From Trichoplax sp. H2 (lineage: Eukaryota), in contig NOWV01000013.1 of the NCBI GenBank assembly GCA_003344405.1, positions 248,001 through 312,000 of the forward strand: a DNA stretch of 64,000 nt, in the 5' to 3' direction. The translations under genes and the position numbers were made by a program. Shown here piece by piece: positions 63,953 through 64,000 of the stretch; the stretch's first letter is position 1; each line of letters opens with the position of its first letter. Under the pieces are notes generated by a model that was not told where the DNA came from, ran no database searches, and saw only the letters and a program-made list of their open reading frames with translations.

Positions 63953-64000
63953 GTAATTATTCCTAACATTTCGAAAATATTGTTTTTTGATGTGCTTTAG

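Overview
AT-rich, gene-dense eukaryotic (animal) genomic DNA with short GT-AG introns. The compact architecture suggests an early-branching metazoan such as a placozoan (Trichoplax-like); this is inference, not proven. From left to right the window holds: (1) the last two exons of an unidentified gene; (2) two tandem paralogous CLC-family Cl-/H+ exchanger genes with 23 and 20 coding exons, hand-spliced into intact ORFs, both with non-canonical GPEGP and GLVVP signature motifs; (3) a 3-exon alpha-methylacyl-CoA racemase (AMACR); (4) a cluster of six single-coding-exon GT31 beta-1,3-glycosyltransferases (B3GNT-like); and (5) the first six coding exons of a USP6NL/RN-tre TBC RabGAP, truncated by the window end. 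Two 20-N assembly gaps flank a probable alternate-haplotype contig. The most interesting signals are a 7-copy tandem amplification of an exon end plus splice donor inside CLC-B, three precise intron differences and a GC-AG intron between the CLC paralogs, and a gene-conversion-like mosaic between GT31 copies 1 and 2. I recognised no CRISPR, rRNA, tRNA or autonomous transposon. I found no evidence for a wholly new system beyond the expanded glycosyltransferase cluster and the divergent CLC subfamily. All exon coordinates were read by eye and lack transcript support.
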